Notes: generated by a model not told the origin, from the letters alone. 63,087 nucleotides of DNA, filler included, from Reclinomonas americana ATCC 50394 (GCA_048213135.1; 10 parts of 10 records of this genome joined end to end with filler, not necessarily neighbours in it), one strand, 5' to 3'; shown: positions 40,901 through 54,978, counted from the first letter of the whole stretch. Translations and numbers: made by a program.

Positions 40901-42683
40901 ACAGAACACGCTGCACCAATGGCATTGATAAGTGAGTTCATCAATGTCGCCTGCACACTGTTGTTGGAGACCACCGTGTCCTCCATCGTCAGCTGCACAA
41001 GCACCGGCTCCGTGCCTTTGACGGGATCCGAATACAACGCCTCTTCGACCACCAGTTGCAGCGCAGCTGCATCGACCGCGGATTGCGAATGAGAGCGTGC
41101 ACAGGAGTGAAGGAAGGACTACGTGGGAGCACACACCACCGCCGATGCCAGCAAGCTTCTCCGTCGCGATGTTGGTGTTGAACCAGAAGGAGTTGCGCAG
41201 GAGCTGGCAGTTGGTCACCGACGCCGTGACATTGGAGGCACTGTAGCGGGACACGAGCCAGACGGTGAGCGCGCCACCAACATACAAGTCAGCTGCCACC
41301 GCCGGCATCTGGTTCACGTTGACCACATTGTCGGTCACATTGACCGAATTCAGTTGTATCGACCACAAAAACGATGCAGCGGTCGGTACTGCGGCTAGCC
41401 GTGCACGACAATAAGTGTGAGTGAGCGTGAGGACAAAGCAAGTAGACTCCACAAACCGGCGGTAGTGAAATTGCTGCAGAGGATGAACATGGCGGCACCT
41501 CCGTAGATGGTGGCATCCGGCAGGACCGTCGCACTCGGCTGGAAGCCCGGCGAGCCCACCACGACAACGTTGCCTTGAAACACCGAGTTGGAGACGGAGA
41601 CTTGTTGCACGTGACCGGCTGCAGTGACGGCCAAGCCGGCTCCGCCAATCGTGGTCACGTTGGCAGCGAGAGGCGACGACGACAGCACATGCACAGTGTT
41701 GTTGACAAAGTGCGCGCCATCCACCGTCAGCACTTGCACCGTGTCGATCCACACACCGGCGCCGGCAATGACTGAGCCGACCAACTGCGACGAACTCGCC
41801 ACAGATGCCGGCTGCGACACGGTGTTGCGAGCAAACAGCGAGGAGCGCACATCGACCAGCGCTGCACCGCCACTGACAGCCACACCTGCGCCACGCACAG
41901 CCGTATTGTCGGCAAAGGTGCAGCTGTCCACGTGCAGTTCGGCGGCACTGCCTGTGAACTGCACGGCGACGGCGCCTGCTGCGGCTCCCTGGACCTGCAC
42001 ACGCTCCATACTGCACGACTGCGAGGCTTGCACCTGTATGGCAGGGACGGTCGCACTCGCCGCCGCCGTCAGCGACAACCCGGAGAGCACAACATTTGCC
42101 GCCCCCGACACCGACAGCGCCGATGCCGCACTTCCGCCCAAACTCAGCTCGGCTACACCTATGGAACAAGACAAGGTGACGTTGGCCACACTGGCAAAAC
42201 TCAGCGGCGCCGTCAGTGCAGGATACACGCCCGGCGACAGCACCAGCTACAAGTGCGCGAGTGTCAACACATAGAAAAAAACGAACACACAGTGGACACA
42301 CGCACCTCCACTGCCGACAGGGGACTCGTTGGTGTCGGCGAGCACAGCGTGGCAGCGCGGGTCAGTGAGCACGGATCAACTGCTGTGCACATGGCGGTCG
42401 AAGCCGACGACCCCGACGCAGATGCATAGGCCACACATGCTGGCGCCAGCATCGCCTCTCCACTCCGTATCCTCGTCCTGCTCCGCCTCCTCCCCTCCTC
42501 CTCCTCCAGCCGCGCAAGGTCACGCTGCGGCGGCGGCGCAGCAGACCGCCTCTCTGCCGCGGCCTCATTCATCATCATCGTCATCATCAGCATCATCAAT
42601 ACCATCATCGACACCAGCACCAGCAGCAACAGCGGTAATCTTCGCTGCCGCCGGCCGCCAGCAGCCGCAGCCGCCGCAGGCAT
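28971..42683 (-). CDS. Giant cell-surface protein: signal peptide, Pmp/pectin-lyase-like beta-helix repeats, Cys-rich region, C-terminal multi-pass TM domain; dozens of introns
   Basis: N-terminal hydrophobic segment; many GGA(I/L/V) and FxxN motifs; CGVGTGY..CTSC..CSVCPDHFVCLGG and LCGVCNEGY; TM exons (FSTFVFFDC, WFYEPIQLFRR, VRPYSRRRDNVLE); stop at 28971. Confidence 0.82.
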
Positions 42684-42983
42684 CGGTGCGTGGGGGTGAA
42701 ATGTGGGAGTGTGGGACAGTGGTGGAACTGGACAGAGGTCGGTCACTCACTCGCGCGTTCCCGCAATTCATTCACGCGCACAGAGACGCAAAGCATGCCT
42801 CGATGACGGTTTGCGTGCGAGTTGAACTCACTGGGTGTATGTGTGTGCATGTGCTAACTTGTGTTGTCTCCCTCCCTCTTGTGCCAGCTACGGCGTGGAA
42901 GTCGAGGTGTGTATCATTTGAGTGACGCGCGCGCCACCACAGAGTCACTTGCAGTGGCATCGACGATTACCACCGCTGTGGCT

Positions 42984-45900
42984 ATGCCGGTGGATGTGGA
43001 GGCGGTGGTGGCAACATCAGCAGCGGCACCGGTGTCGCTGTTGGCGCGCCGGGCGGTGACCACCAACAGCCATTCACTGTCGCCGAGGTGAGTGTGTGAC
43101 TGTGTGTGCGTGTGCGTCTGTGTGCGACTGTGCATTGATGAGTGCTGTGTGCGCAGTGCATCTTCGCGGTCTCGGTTGAGCACGCTGCGCAGCGTCACTC
43201 GTGATGTGATGATGGTGGACGAAGGCGATGATGATGATGAGCAGGTCGATATCGATTGTCGACCTCTCTCGTCTCCTCTGTGCCTTCCGTCCTCTGTCGT
43301 GTCGCGTGTGCCGCTGAGTGAGGCTGAGGTGGTGGACTTGCTGCAAGAGTCCGCTGCCCTGTCATCGCCACCGCCGCGACCACCAGCACCTCCAGTGCAG
43401 TCCATGTTTGTGGACGGCGTCGGCAACGACGGCTCTGTTGACGAGTCCGACCTGCTGCTCTGTCTGAGCGACTTGGCGACCGAGCATGTGAACATGTCGC
43501 CGCCGGTGGACGATGACCTTGGCACTCCTCCTCCGCCCCTTCCTCCTCCACCGCCACCGCCACCGCCGCCGCCACCAGCTGCGGTGTTGCCGCGTCAGTT
43601 GGGCGACTACTTGGGAGTGGATGCGCCGGAGATTGTGGAAAAGTACGCCGCCATGGGCATTGTGGAGTTGCATCCGTGGCAGCGCGAGGCGCTGAGCTCG
43701 CCCGGTGTGCTCGATCGCCATCGCAGCCTGGTGTACACGGCGCCAACCAGCGGTGGCAAGACTCTCGGTTGCGTGCTCGCCTGGCGCTGCGATCGGTGAC
43801 CACTCGCTCACGTACTCACACTGCACAGTGGCCGAGATCCTTCTCATCCGCCGCCTTCTGCTCACGGGGCACAAGGCGCTCGTCATCTTGCCGTTTGTCA
43901 GCATTGTGCGCGAAAAAGCAAAACAGCTGTCTCGAGTTACGTGGAACTCCTCTCGCTCCCTATGTTCACTCACTCACTCACTCATCCGCCGACAGATCCT
44001 GAAGCCCGACGGCTTCACTGTCTCGGCGCATTACAACGTGGTTGGCGGCTCACTCGGCGAGGATGAGCACGTGGCGGTGGCCACCATTGAAAAGGCTGCC
44101 GGCATGGTGAATCGCCTCATTGAGGAGGGTCGCGTGCGCGAGCTCGGAACGGTGGTGGTGGACGAGGCGCACATGATGGGCGATCCGTCACGCGGCTTTC
44201 AGATTGAGTGCACGCTGACCAAGCTCCGCCACGCCGTCGGCGCCCAGCTGCAGGTGGTGGCCATGAGTGCCACGCTACCCAACATGCCCGACATTGCGCA
44301 CTGGCTCGACGCCGTGCTGTATCAGACATCGTTTCGACCCACGCAACTTGACGAGTGCTTTGCCATGGAGGGACGAGGCGAAACCGACGATAAGCAGGAG
44401 TATTTGGTGTTGCACGATCGAGTTCCGTGTGGTTGTTTGTTGTTTTTTAATTTACTTGTTGACCAGCTCTGACTGGGTGGCAACACACACAGAGTGGCCA
44501 ACCGAGTCAGTACGTGAACCCAAGCGACGGACAACTGTGCACTCGCCGGTTGCCGATGTTGCCTGTCAGCCAAACCACAACTGTGTTCAGCAACAACATC
44601 CACCAGTTCCTCTTCCGTGCAGTTGCGCACCGGCCTACATCTCCCCTTTTCCTCCCCCTGCTGGCTTTTCTGCTTACCACGCAGCGCAGGGTTTCAACAC
44701 GATTCACGACAGTGTGCTTCGGGGCGAGGGCGTGCTGGTGTTTTGTGCGACCAAGAACAATTGCATCGAGTTTGCGCGCGGTTTTGCGCAGAGGGCCAAT
44801 GGAGTTGGTGCGTGGTGACGCGACATGAACACTGTGTGCCACGATGTTGACCCCCTCCCCTGTGTGTGTGTTGTTGAGTAGCTCGCGTCAAGGAGGGTGC
44901 TAAAGAANNNNNNNNNNNNNNNNNNNNNNNNNNNNNNNNNNNNNNNNNNNNTTAATTAATTAANNNNNNNNNNNNNNNNNNNNNNNNNNNNNNNNNNNNN
45001 NNNNNNNTGTGTGTGTGTTGTTGAGTAGCTCGCGTCAAGGAGGGTGCTAAAGAAACTCCACCCGATCTCCGAGGTGTGTATTTTTTTTCGTTGGGGAGGA
45101 TGCCCGTGGTGCTTCCTCGCTTATTTCGTTTACACACAGATGCCGCGGCGAGGTATCTACGGCCGGATCCCGCATGCCTGGCTCGCATCGAGAAGCTACA
45201 GCGCAAGCTGCGACTGGCCTCGGCAGGTGGTCCCGACTCGATGTTTCTGTTGGAGTGCATCGGTCGTCGGGCGGCCTGGCACCACGCCGGCCTCACCCTG
45301 GAGGAGCGTGCACTGGTGGAGCGCGCCTTTCTCAAGGGCACTATCCTGGTCATTTTTGCCACCACTACGCTGTCGGCCGGCGTCAACCTGCCTGGTGTGT
45401 GTGTGTACCACTGTGTGTTTCGTGAAGGAAATCTCCTACTGACGGCGGGACGCAGCGCGCAAGGTCGTGTTTCTCGGCATGAATAGCGGCATCCAACCGC
45501 TGTCTCGCGTGGTGTACCAGCAAGCTCGAGGGCGCGCCGGTCGCGGTCCGCTCTCTGGCGAGTCCATCCTCATTGTGCCGCGCCAGCAGCACCGAAACAA
45601 GCAGGACGCCATTATCGAGCTGATGACTGCAGGCCTCGACCCGCTCGCCAGTGCACTGGCGAATGCCGCCACCGGTACTGCTGCCGCCGCCGCCGCGGCG
45701 GCTGCTGCTGCCTCCAGTAGCAGACGAGAGCAGTCAACTGAAGCCGCGCCTCGGTTGCTGCTGGATGTCGTTGGCTGTGAACTGGTGCGCACCGTGGAGG
45801 CCGCATGCGAGCTGTTTGCCACCACCTTTCTGGCGTATGAGAGGTTCATAGTGCGCCAGGCGGCACGCGAAAATATGCTTGTTATAACGCTGCGCGTCGC

Positions 45901-48900
45901 ATGCAGGCGCGAACAGGGCGACCAGTACGTGAAGTCGCTGGTCGAGTGCTCGGTTGACACACTCCAGCGACGCGGCCTGCTCGACATGGACGCCGACGGG
46001 CGGTCGCTCAAAGTCACACCGCAGGGCTATGCGGTCTTTGCGAGTGGCATGGCACCCGCCGATGCAGAGGTCGTGTGTTCGCACTTGCGCGAGGCCATGA
46101 ACGGATTGGTGCTGTCCACCGAGTTGCACCTGGTGTACCTGGCCACTCCCGTGCCGATCCCGGCCGAGATCATCTCCTCGTGCTCGTGGAGCCGCTTGGA
46201 TTCGGCGCTGAAGCGCGTCAACCGCGACGAGCTGAATGTGGCCGAGCGGTGTGGTGTGCGCCTCGGCTACGTCTTCAGCAAGTCGTCGTCGGCCAACGAT
46301 GCGCCTGGGGTGCGTCGCGCAGTGCTGGCTGACCAGCTACGATCGATGGCCTGCTAACTACCACGCTTCGTGTCGCAGATTGTGTACCAGCGCTTCTGGG
46401 TCGCTCTCATTCTGCATGATATCATTCGAGAAAAGCCGCTGGCGAGCATCACCAAGGAGTTGCGTGCATACCGCTGGAGAGAGAAGTCGCGGACGTTGTG
46501 CTCACGCCGCACATCGTGTCGCACCAGCTACGGAATCGACGGTGGCGCACTGCAGAGCCTGCAAGTCCGAGCCGGCTCGTTTTGCAGCAGTGTGCAGGCG
46601 CTGTGCGAGCGCATCGGCAACGGCACCAACATCTTCGGCTACAAGTGTCTGGCCAGCACTCTTAGTACCTACAAGGACCGTATCAGTTTTGCCGCGCGTG
46701 CCGACATTCTCGCTCTGTGCAAGGTGCCATACGTGGGCCCTCATCGTGCACGGTCTGTCGTTCAAGTCTCGGTGCAGTAGCCACCCGCACTCTGCTGACG
46801 TTCATCACACCACAGCATTCTCATTGGCGACTTCAAGACGCCACAAGAGCTGGCAGTGGCGGACCCCGAAAGGGTGGCCGAGCTGCTGGTGCGTTTTGTC
46901 ATCCCCACGACGCGATGACGATAGGCCTGCACTCAAATGTGTGAAACCATTTGCAGGAGCGCGACGAAGGTGGCGACCGTGAGTTTTACCGCCGCATTGC
47001 CATGAAGATTGTCAGTGGTGCGGCGCGCGTGGCGGAGCAGGTGTTGACGGAGAAGCGCGACGAATGGAAGCGCGTCAAGGCGCAGCTGATCGGCGACAAG
47101 CGCAAGAAGCAGCAACAGCAGCAGCAGAAGAACAAGAAGAAGAGACCGGCCGCGAAGCGAGGAGTGGCTGTCGCACGTGCTGTGCGTGGCAAGGCTGCGA
47201 CGGCGTCTGGCGGCAAGCGTGGTGCAAGGAGCGACAAGTCACCCCGCCCGTCCATGTCCGCCTCCTCGCGGGCCGCCAGCCAGCTACTGATGCGCAGTGT
47301 GGCCGCCTCTGCTTCTTCGCCATCGCGCAAGTCGCTCAAGAAGCTGCTGCTGACCCCGCCGTCGTCGCCACTCCCGCTTCGGACGGCGCCACCACCGCCG
47401 CCTCCACCACCGCCACCGCCACCGCCAGCAGCGTCGTCATCCATGTCAGTCGCCGACCGTGCACTGTTGCGGTGTTTCCCAACTTTCTTTGGTTCGCTCA
47501 TGCCTGACACACTTGTCGCTGCGCAGCCGGGAAACCGTCATCTCAGGCAAGCGGTCAGCCGCGGAGCAATCCCTTGCCGTTGTCGACGACGATGCTCTCG
47601 GTGTGGAGGACGACGATGATGATGACGACGCGGAAATGCTGCGCCTGCTGCACGACTTGTCGTCGATTCGTCCAGGTGACAGTGACCATGACGACGGACC
47701 GCCTCGTAAGCGTCCGTGCATTGCTGTTGACGAGATGCAATCTGTTTCTATTACGACGACAACCACTACCACCACCACCACACCCACGACACCGCCACGG
47801 TCAGCTGCTGCTGCTGCTGACCCAGCGCCCACTTTTGTCGTGCCCTCGAGTGCGTACGTGTACGTGATACATGAGTTCCATGGCTGTCGATTGACTCTTG
47901 TGTTTGCAGCACTCACGGGAACCAGTCCATCATCTCGTGTGCCGCTGCATGGTGGTCGGTCGATGAAAGCGATTCTTGCAGCCATGGACATGGTGGATGA
48001 TGACGACGGCAGCGGCTCCGATGGAGTGGCCACAGGTCGTGGTCCGAGCGACAACCACTCCGCCGTGCAGATGCTGCAGGAGTTGCGTGGACAAGGTACA
48101 CAAACCCGTTTCCGTGCCCATGGGCAGGCCGCAGCGCCGGCTCGTCGGACCGGTGGCGCACAAAAGGTACAGTTGTCTGTGCATGCATTGCTGCGTGACT
48201 AAAGTTGGTGCTCACCATCTGTGGTGTGTAGAAACTGACCACGGTGCCGGTGAAACTCGCCACCTCGTCGTCGTCGTCGCCATCCAAGTCGCCGGCGGGT
48301 GACGGGCCGGCGGTATCGTTGCGTTGTGTGTGCGGGAGGGAATATGTGCCGCGCAGTGTGGTGCCGACCTTTTTCACTCTTTTACAGGGTGTTCATGGTG
48401 GACTCGGTGGAGAAGTTGGCTCGCTTTGTTGCGCGGTGGTCGTCACAATCGTCGTTTGCCATTCTGATGGATGTGGAGGTGCCACGACGTGCACAAGCCA
48501 CTGCCACGGTCTGTAATCGACAGAGTAGATTATTCTACACACCTCCGCCACGAGGCTCACTGGTGTCGTACAGGCTGATCGAGTCGCGCGCATTCACGTC
48601 TGTTGGGAGGACTCGGCCGTGTACACTTGCCCGCTGTTGGCCGACAGTGACCGCGATAGTGCCGTAGACGCTGCTGCGGTGTGGGCCGCCATGGCCACGG
48701 TCCTTGAGAAGCCCGACACGACCAAGGTGATGGCCAGCTGCAGCACCCACATGCATCACTTGCTGGAGAAGGGAGTCGCTGGTGAGCGAGCGCAAAAAAA
48801 ATGCGTCTGTTGAGTTCACCAAGCTGACCGAAAAAATGCAGTGGTGGGTTCGTATCACGATCCTCTGGTGGCCGCATGGCTGGTGGCACCGGAGATCACC

Positions 48901-51127
48901 GCCAAGAGTGTGGATGCGCTGTTTCTTCGATTGCATGCTCACTTTGACGACCAGTTCATGCCCTCCTTCTCCGTCGCCGGTGGCTTCCACCTCGGGGCGC
49001 GACATGTTGCGTGCATGCTTGTGCGCAGTCACTTACTTTTGTCAGCGCGCGCAATGCTAATTGCCGCCGGCATCTGTGTAGTGTCTGTACTCGTGGCGAC
49101 TGATGCAAGTGTTGCGTGGGCGGCTGGAGGAGACGCAGCAGTTGCGCCTGTTCTGCGAGGTGGAGATGCCCGTGTGCACTGTCCTCGCACGCATGCAACT
49201 GGTGGGCGTCGGTTTCGACGCTCAGGTGAGGCTTCGCGCCTGTTGCGCAATCCGTGGTCAGGAGTTCGCTCTGCACTAACACGCGATGGTTTTTTGTGAC
49301 CAGTATTGCACATCGTCGGCGGAGATGTTGCGGCAGTCGATTCGTCGTCTCGAAGCCGAGGCGCACGCCCTGGTCGGGTACACCTTCAACTTCCGCACCC
49401 CCAAGGATGTGAAACTGGCACTGCACCGCTCCGGTTGTGCCATCTCGCTCGATGCGAAGCGTGGCACCGACGCCAAGACCCTGCGTGCGCTCGCCGCCTC
49501 CGGTTCACGCATGGCCACGTTGGTGCTGCAGCTGCGCACGCAAGCCTACTTGTTGCGCAAGGTGGACGACCTGCCGAGGTGAGAGGGTGTGCGTGTGCAC
49601 GTGTTTCGGTACGCTTGTAACCAACCTGTGTGGGGCGGGGGAGTGTAGAAAAGTGCGTGCCACCACTGGTCGTCTGCATCCGCGGTTCCTGTCGGCCAGC
49701 TGCATCACGGGGCGAGTGCAGAGTGAGGCACCGAGCTTGCGTTCGATTGCCAATCCCGTCACGTTCGATGCCATGGTGGCGGACAGGTGCGAATGGTGGC
49801 GCAGTGTGCGAGGAGTTGGCTGCTGGTTTCTGACTGCTCGTTGCAGTGCACAACCAGTGTCGCGAACAATTGCGCTGCGGTGTGCGTTTGCGGCCACCGC
49901 AGACCACACGCTGGTGGCGATCGATTATGCACAAGTCGAGTTGCGCCTGCTGGCACAGCTGTCGCGTGACCCGTACTTGCTGGCGATTTTTGCAGCCGAA
50001 CGGTACCAGCTCACGTAATGGAATAATGTTTTCTTCACCGTAGACTCACTGTGGCAATGGCAGATCCACCGTGCCTGTGGCTGGCATGGGCTTTGTCGGC
50101 GAGGACGTGTACTGCCGTATTGCGCGTCGTGTGTTCCGTGTGGCAGACGCGGCCGCTGTGCCGACGCCCGTGCGCGCTCGTACTCGTCGAGTGGTGTCGG
50201 CCATTCTGCAAGGTGAGCGAGAAGAGAACAAGGTCGCCATGCACATGCAGTTATTCATTCTTCTTGTGTGAGTACAGGGCAATCTGAGTTTTCGCTGCGG
50301 TCGCGCCTGCCGGGCTCCGACGCCGAGATTCAGGAGACATTCCGCGGCTTCTATCGCTCCTTCCCGCAAGTCGCCGCCTTTCTGACCGAGCAGCAGCAGT
50401 TCTGCCGCACGCACGGCTACGTGCAGACGCTGTTTGGTGTGTCCTCCCTTCGTGGAACGTGTTGGTGGTGCCTGCTTTTTTTCACACCACCACACTCGTC
50501 GTCTGTGCACAGGACGTCGGCGACCGCTGCCCGAGATTGAGAGCAGCGACTGGAAAGAGCGCATGGCGGCCGAGCGGCAGGTCACGTGCACGATTGTGCA
50601 GGGCTCGACGGCCGACCTGCTCAAGCTGGCCCTGTTGCGCGTTCAGCAAGCAGTGAGCGTCCTGGGCAGTGTCGACAGCGACGACGAGAGCGCAAGGCTG
50701 TGGCCGCACGAAGATGCCACCGACGACCGCCGCGCTGTGGCCGGTGTGTGTTGGCACGATGACGACGACGACCCTTGTGCATGTACATGTACGTTGACTA
50801 ATCTCCTGTGCACAGCGGCCACGGTGAGACTCGGACGGTCGCCGGTGCACCTGGTGGCGCAGGTGCACGACGAGCTGCTTCTCGACGTGCACAACTCGTG
50901 TCTCGAACCGGTGATGGTACGCGCTGTGTTGCTCATGTTTCTCGCGCCCTCCCACATCGCGCTGACCATGCACCGCGCAGCGACTGCTTCGCGCGCAAAT
51001 GGAACTGGTGCTGACGCAAGACACGGGCGACATTCAGTGGCAATGCGAGGTACCGGTTCGCCTGGCCGTCGGCAAGTCGTGGGGCGAGCTGCAGAGCACC
51101 AGCCAAGCAGGCGGTGCCATGGGGTGA
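42984..51127 (+). CDS. POLQ: DNA polymerase theta (SF2 helicase + family A polymerase), spliced, spans the 44908-45007 spacer
   Basis: [66 protein letters not shown]; PolA motifs [36 protein letters not shown]. Confidence 0.93.
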
Positions 51128-51373
51128 CGTGTCCTCCCACCTCGTCATCATGATGATGATGATTGATGCTCACCTGCGTGCGCGACAGTGGCGACGACGT
51201 ACCGGACCCCCTGGAGGTCGACGACGAACAAGGCGACGATGACGACGATTAGTCTGCGTGCCAGACACACACACAAACGCTGCATTACGGTTTTTCGAGG
51301 CGGAGGAGAAAAAAAGCCAGGAGCAGGGGCGGGTCGCCATTCGCGATCGCCACCTCCCACGACCTGTGCGGCA

Positions 51374-52270
51374 TCAGTGGCCCTTCTTCTTCTTGAGGCC
51401 TTTTGTGCTGGTGCTGGCACGCTTCTCCCACTTGCTCTTCTTGAGCTTCACCGGCCGGTTGGCAATGTACTTGCCTGCAGAGACGCAATGATGAGTGTGT
51501 GTGTTCAAGTGCAGGAAAGGGAGCGGGAAAAGGCACCAAACCATTCATCTCTGTCAGCGCCGCCAAAAAGTCCTTGGGATCGAGGAACGACACAAAGCCG
51601 TAGCCACGAGTCTTTCCTGAGCGCTTGTCGCGCACCACACGCGCCTTGACAAAGCTCTTGTAGCGCGCAAAGGCCTCGGTCAGGTTGGCATCGGTGCACT
51701 CGTTGCCGAGATCGCCAACAAAGATGCGGAAGTCGTTGTCGGGCCAGTCGGCCAGCGAGTCGTCCTCCCACACCTGCCCGGCCACGCGCCGAATGTACCG
51801 CTTCTTGCCGTCCTCGTCCACACCATCATCGTCATCGTCGTCTCCTCTCGACGCTGCCGACGATTGCGATGGCGGTGGTGGCGGTGGCGGTGGCGGTGGT
51901 GGAGGCGGCGGAGGTGGTGGCGGAGGAGGCACAGGGAAGCCATACATTGCCGCCTGGTTCATGAGGAATGCCGGCATGCCTGGTGGCGGCGCCGGTCGCG
52001 GCGGAGGCGGTGGGGGTACGGCTATCGACAGCAAATCGAGTCAGAATGCATGCATGCATATATGCAGCGAAGAAGAAGAGAGGAGCGCAACGATAGTGCA
52101 CTGGCATCATGTTCACTCGTTGCGCGGCCATTTGCGCAGCTGCCACGGCCGCTTGCACTTGTCCCAGCGGCGGAGGTGCCGCTGGTGCCGCCGCTGGTGC
52201 TGCTGCTGCTGCAGGCTGCTATTCTGTGATAAGAAAACATGCACACAGCGCGGGAACACACAGCAGACAC
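51374..52270 (-). CDS. RBM42: RNA-binding protein 42 (RRM), 5'-partial
   Basis: AGQVWEDDSLADWPDNDFRIFVGDLGNE..KARVVRDKRSGKTRGYGFVSF..EMN|GKYIANRPVKLKKSKW. Confidence 0.93.
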
Positions 52271-52370
52271 NNNNNNNNNNNNNNNNNNNNNNNNNNNNNN
52301 NNNNNNNNNNNNNNTTAATTAATTAANNNNNNNNNNNNNNNNNNNNNNNNNNNNNNNNNNNNNNNNNNNN

Positions 52371-54978
52371 GCCACCATCGCGAGCGTCACCAGTGGCACA
52401 GCGGTCAGCAGCGTCGCCGGCCAGAACCACGGCCACCAATGGTGCCTCGAGCACGTACTATTCCAGTGCTAACATGACTACAAGGTATGGTGGAGTGACA
52501 GACACCTCGCTGTCGTCTGCGCATGCGCTCACGCTGGTGGATAGACCACAATCGTCGACGAGGACACGACCGGTGGCGGCGGTACAGGGTCGTGCGCCGT
52601 CACCGCTGTCGAGTGCGAGAGGTGGAGCGAGTCCGCGGGTGCCGCTGTCGTCGTCGCAGCAGCAGCAGCCGCCTGTCGTGGTTCCTGTGTCGTCGGGAGA
52701 CCGGCCGCTGTCGCGGTCGAATTCGCGTCTGCGGCATCAGTTGGGCAGCTCGGGGCTGCCGACCATGACGGATTCGTATGGTGTGAGGGGTGGTGGTGGT
52801 GGTGGTGAGCGAGTCGCGTCGGCTGGTCTGCGAGCGGCACCCGTCAGCAGCAGCAGTGTCAGCAGCAGTGTTAATAGCAGTCTGGGAAGCAGCATCGGCA
52901 GTGGTGGAATCGCGTCGTCACAGCGAGGCGCCATTAGTAGCAGCAGCGTGACGTCGTCGATGGACTCGCTAATGTCGACTCGAATCGCCGGCTCGCAGTC
53001 GTCGTCCACGCGATCATCGTCCAGCTCTCTCCTGTCGGGAACTGTCGGCTTGCCGTCGCCACCACAACCACCTCCTGCGCCATCACCAGCCGTGGTGAGT
53101 TCGGCAGAATGTCTCTTTGTGTGTGTGTACGTCCGCTGCCCTCACGCGAATGACGTGCCCGCAGTATGCACACCATCGTGGCGATCTGGTTACCGACTCG
53201 TCTCCGTCCTCTTCGTCCTCGTCGTCGTCAATGGCGCTGGCGCGCGACAGCAGCGACGTGTTGGCTGTTGGCGGATCAAGCAGCGCATCGCGACGGCTCT
53301 TCCCCGTGGCGACGAATGGGGTGGCCACCGACCGTGATTATGTGCCGGAGAGGTACGGGACCACGGCGGCAAAGACACTGGCCGGGGCCACCACGGTGGC
53401 CGCCTCGTCGGCACAGAACAGTCGGGTTTCATCGGCGTCTGCCACTGCGGCGGCCGGTGGTGCTTCGCGGTCGGTGTCGACGGGGGGCGCCAGTGGGAGT
53501 ACGGTGCGCGGTTCGCTCGCCGGACTGCGCAATCTCGGCAACACGGTGCGGAAAATTGTGCCACGCAGTCTGCATCGCGGTCGCTCATCCTCTCGTGCTG
53601 TAGTGCTTCATGAATGCCACACTGCAATGCCTGATGAATCTGCGAGACCTGTGCGACTGCTTCACCCGCGGCTGTCATCGCCAAGAAATCAATCGGCGCA
53701 ACAGGATGAAGGGCCAGTTTGTCAGTGGTACGTGATACTACTACATTCAAGGATCACTGGTCGGGAGTCGCTGACTCTGTTCTCGCAGCCTTTGCGGATC
53801 TGGCGGTGGAGATGATTGGCGCGGCGGGATCGGTGGTGTCACCGACTGCATTCAAGCAGGGGGTGGCGAGGTGGGCGTCGCAGTTCGAGGGCTATGCTCA
53901 GCACGATGCACACGAGTTCCTCCGCTTCGTGCTCGACGGTCTCCACGAAGACCTCAATCGGATTGTGGAGAAGCCGCCATACCAGGAGCTGAAGGACATT
54001 GCGGGTGAGGACGAGATGGCCAAGTCGGATCGCTACTGGGAGTACTACCGCGCACGCAACGACTCGTTCATCTACGACGTGTTCGGTGGGCAGCTGAAGA
54101 GCTGCGTCACCTGTTCGGTGTGCAACACGCGGTCGACAGCCTTTGATACGTTTCTGGACATTTCCTTGCCAATACCAGCAGTACGTCCTCCGCCTCCTCT
54201 CCCCCTTCTCCATCCCCTCTTGCAGCTCCCTCACTGTCGTTGTGAAACACAGGCGTTCCGCAACTCTCGTTCGTCCTACTACGGCAGCAGTGCGGGTCGT
54301 TCGTCTCTGTGGTCCGGCTCGTCGTCGGCCAGCGGAAGTGGCGCATCGGCCAGCGCCGGCTCGCAGCAGTGCACACTGGAGGACTGCCTCAACGAATTTG
54401 TACAGGAGGAGGTTCTCAGCGGCAACGAAAAATACCACTGGTGCGTGCGCGTTCGTGCGACTTCCCCGCTCTCCACACCCCGCTCCGCTGACATGCCCAC
54501 AGTGCCAAGTGCAAGAAACTCCAATCGTGCTCCAAGAAAATGTCCGTGTTCAGATGGCCTCGCGTGTTGGTGGTGCAACTGAATCGCTTCGTGTACACCT
54601 CGGTGATTCGGCAAAAGCTCGACACCTCGGTGCGGTTGCCGACCGAGGCCATTGACCTGTCGCCCTACGAGGACCCCGACGCCTCGGTATTGCGGCAGAC
54701 GCCCATTTACGAACTGTGTGGTGCGTTTGGAGAGGGAAGGGAGGCGGGAAGAGAATCGCAGCAGCAGCTTCTTCTTACACACACGTATGCTTGTACTACG
54801 CGCCGCAGGTGTCGTAAATCACGGTGGCAGCATGACGGGCGGGCATTATACGTCAAACGCCAAATCACCGGCCGACGGCAAATGGTACACCTTTAATGAT
54901 TCGCATGTGAGCCCCAGCTCGGCATCCTCAATCAGCGGATCGGCGGCCTACGTCTTGTTCTTTGAGCGGAAAAAGTGA
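52371..54978 (+). CDS. Ubiquitin-specific protease (USP2/USP21-like) with Ser-rich N-terminus, spliced
   Basis: Cys box GLRNLGNT|CFMNATLQCL, QHDAHEFL, FLDISLPIP, His box NHGGSMTGGHYT, FNDS, AYVLFF. Confidence 0.92.
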
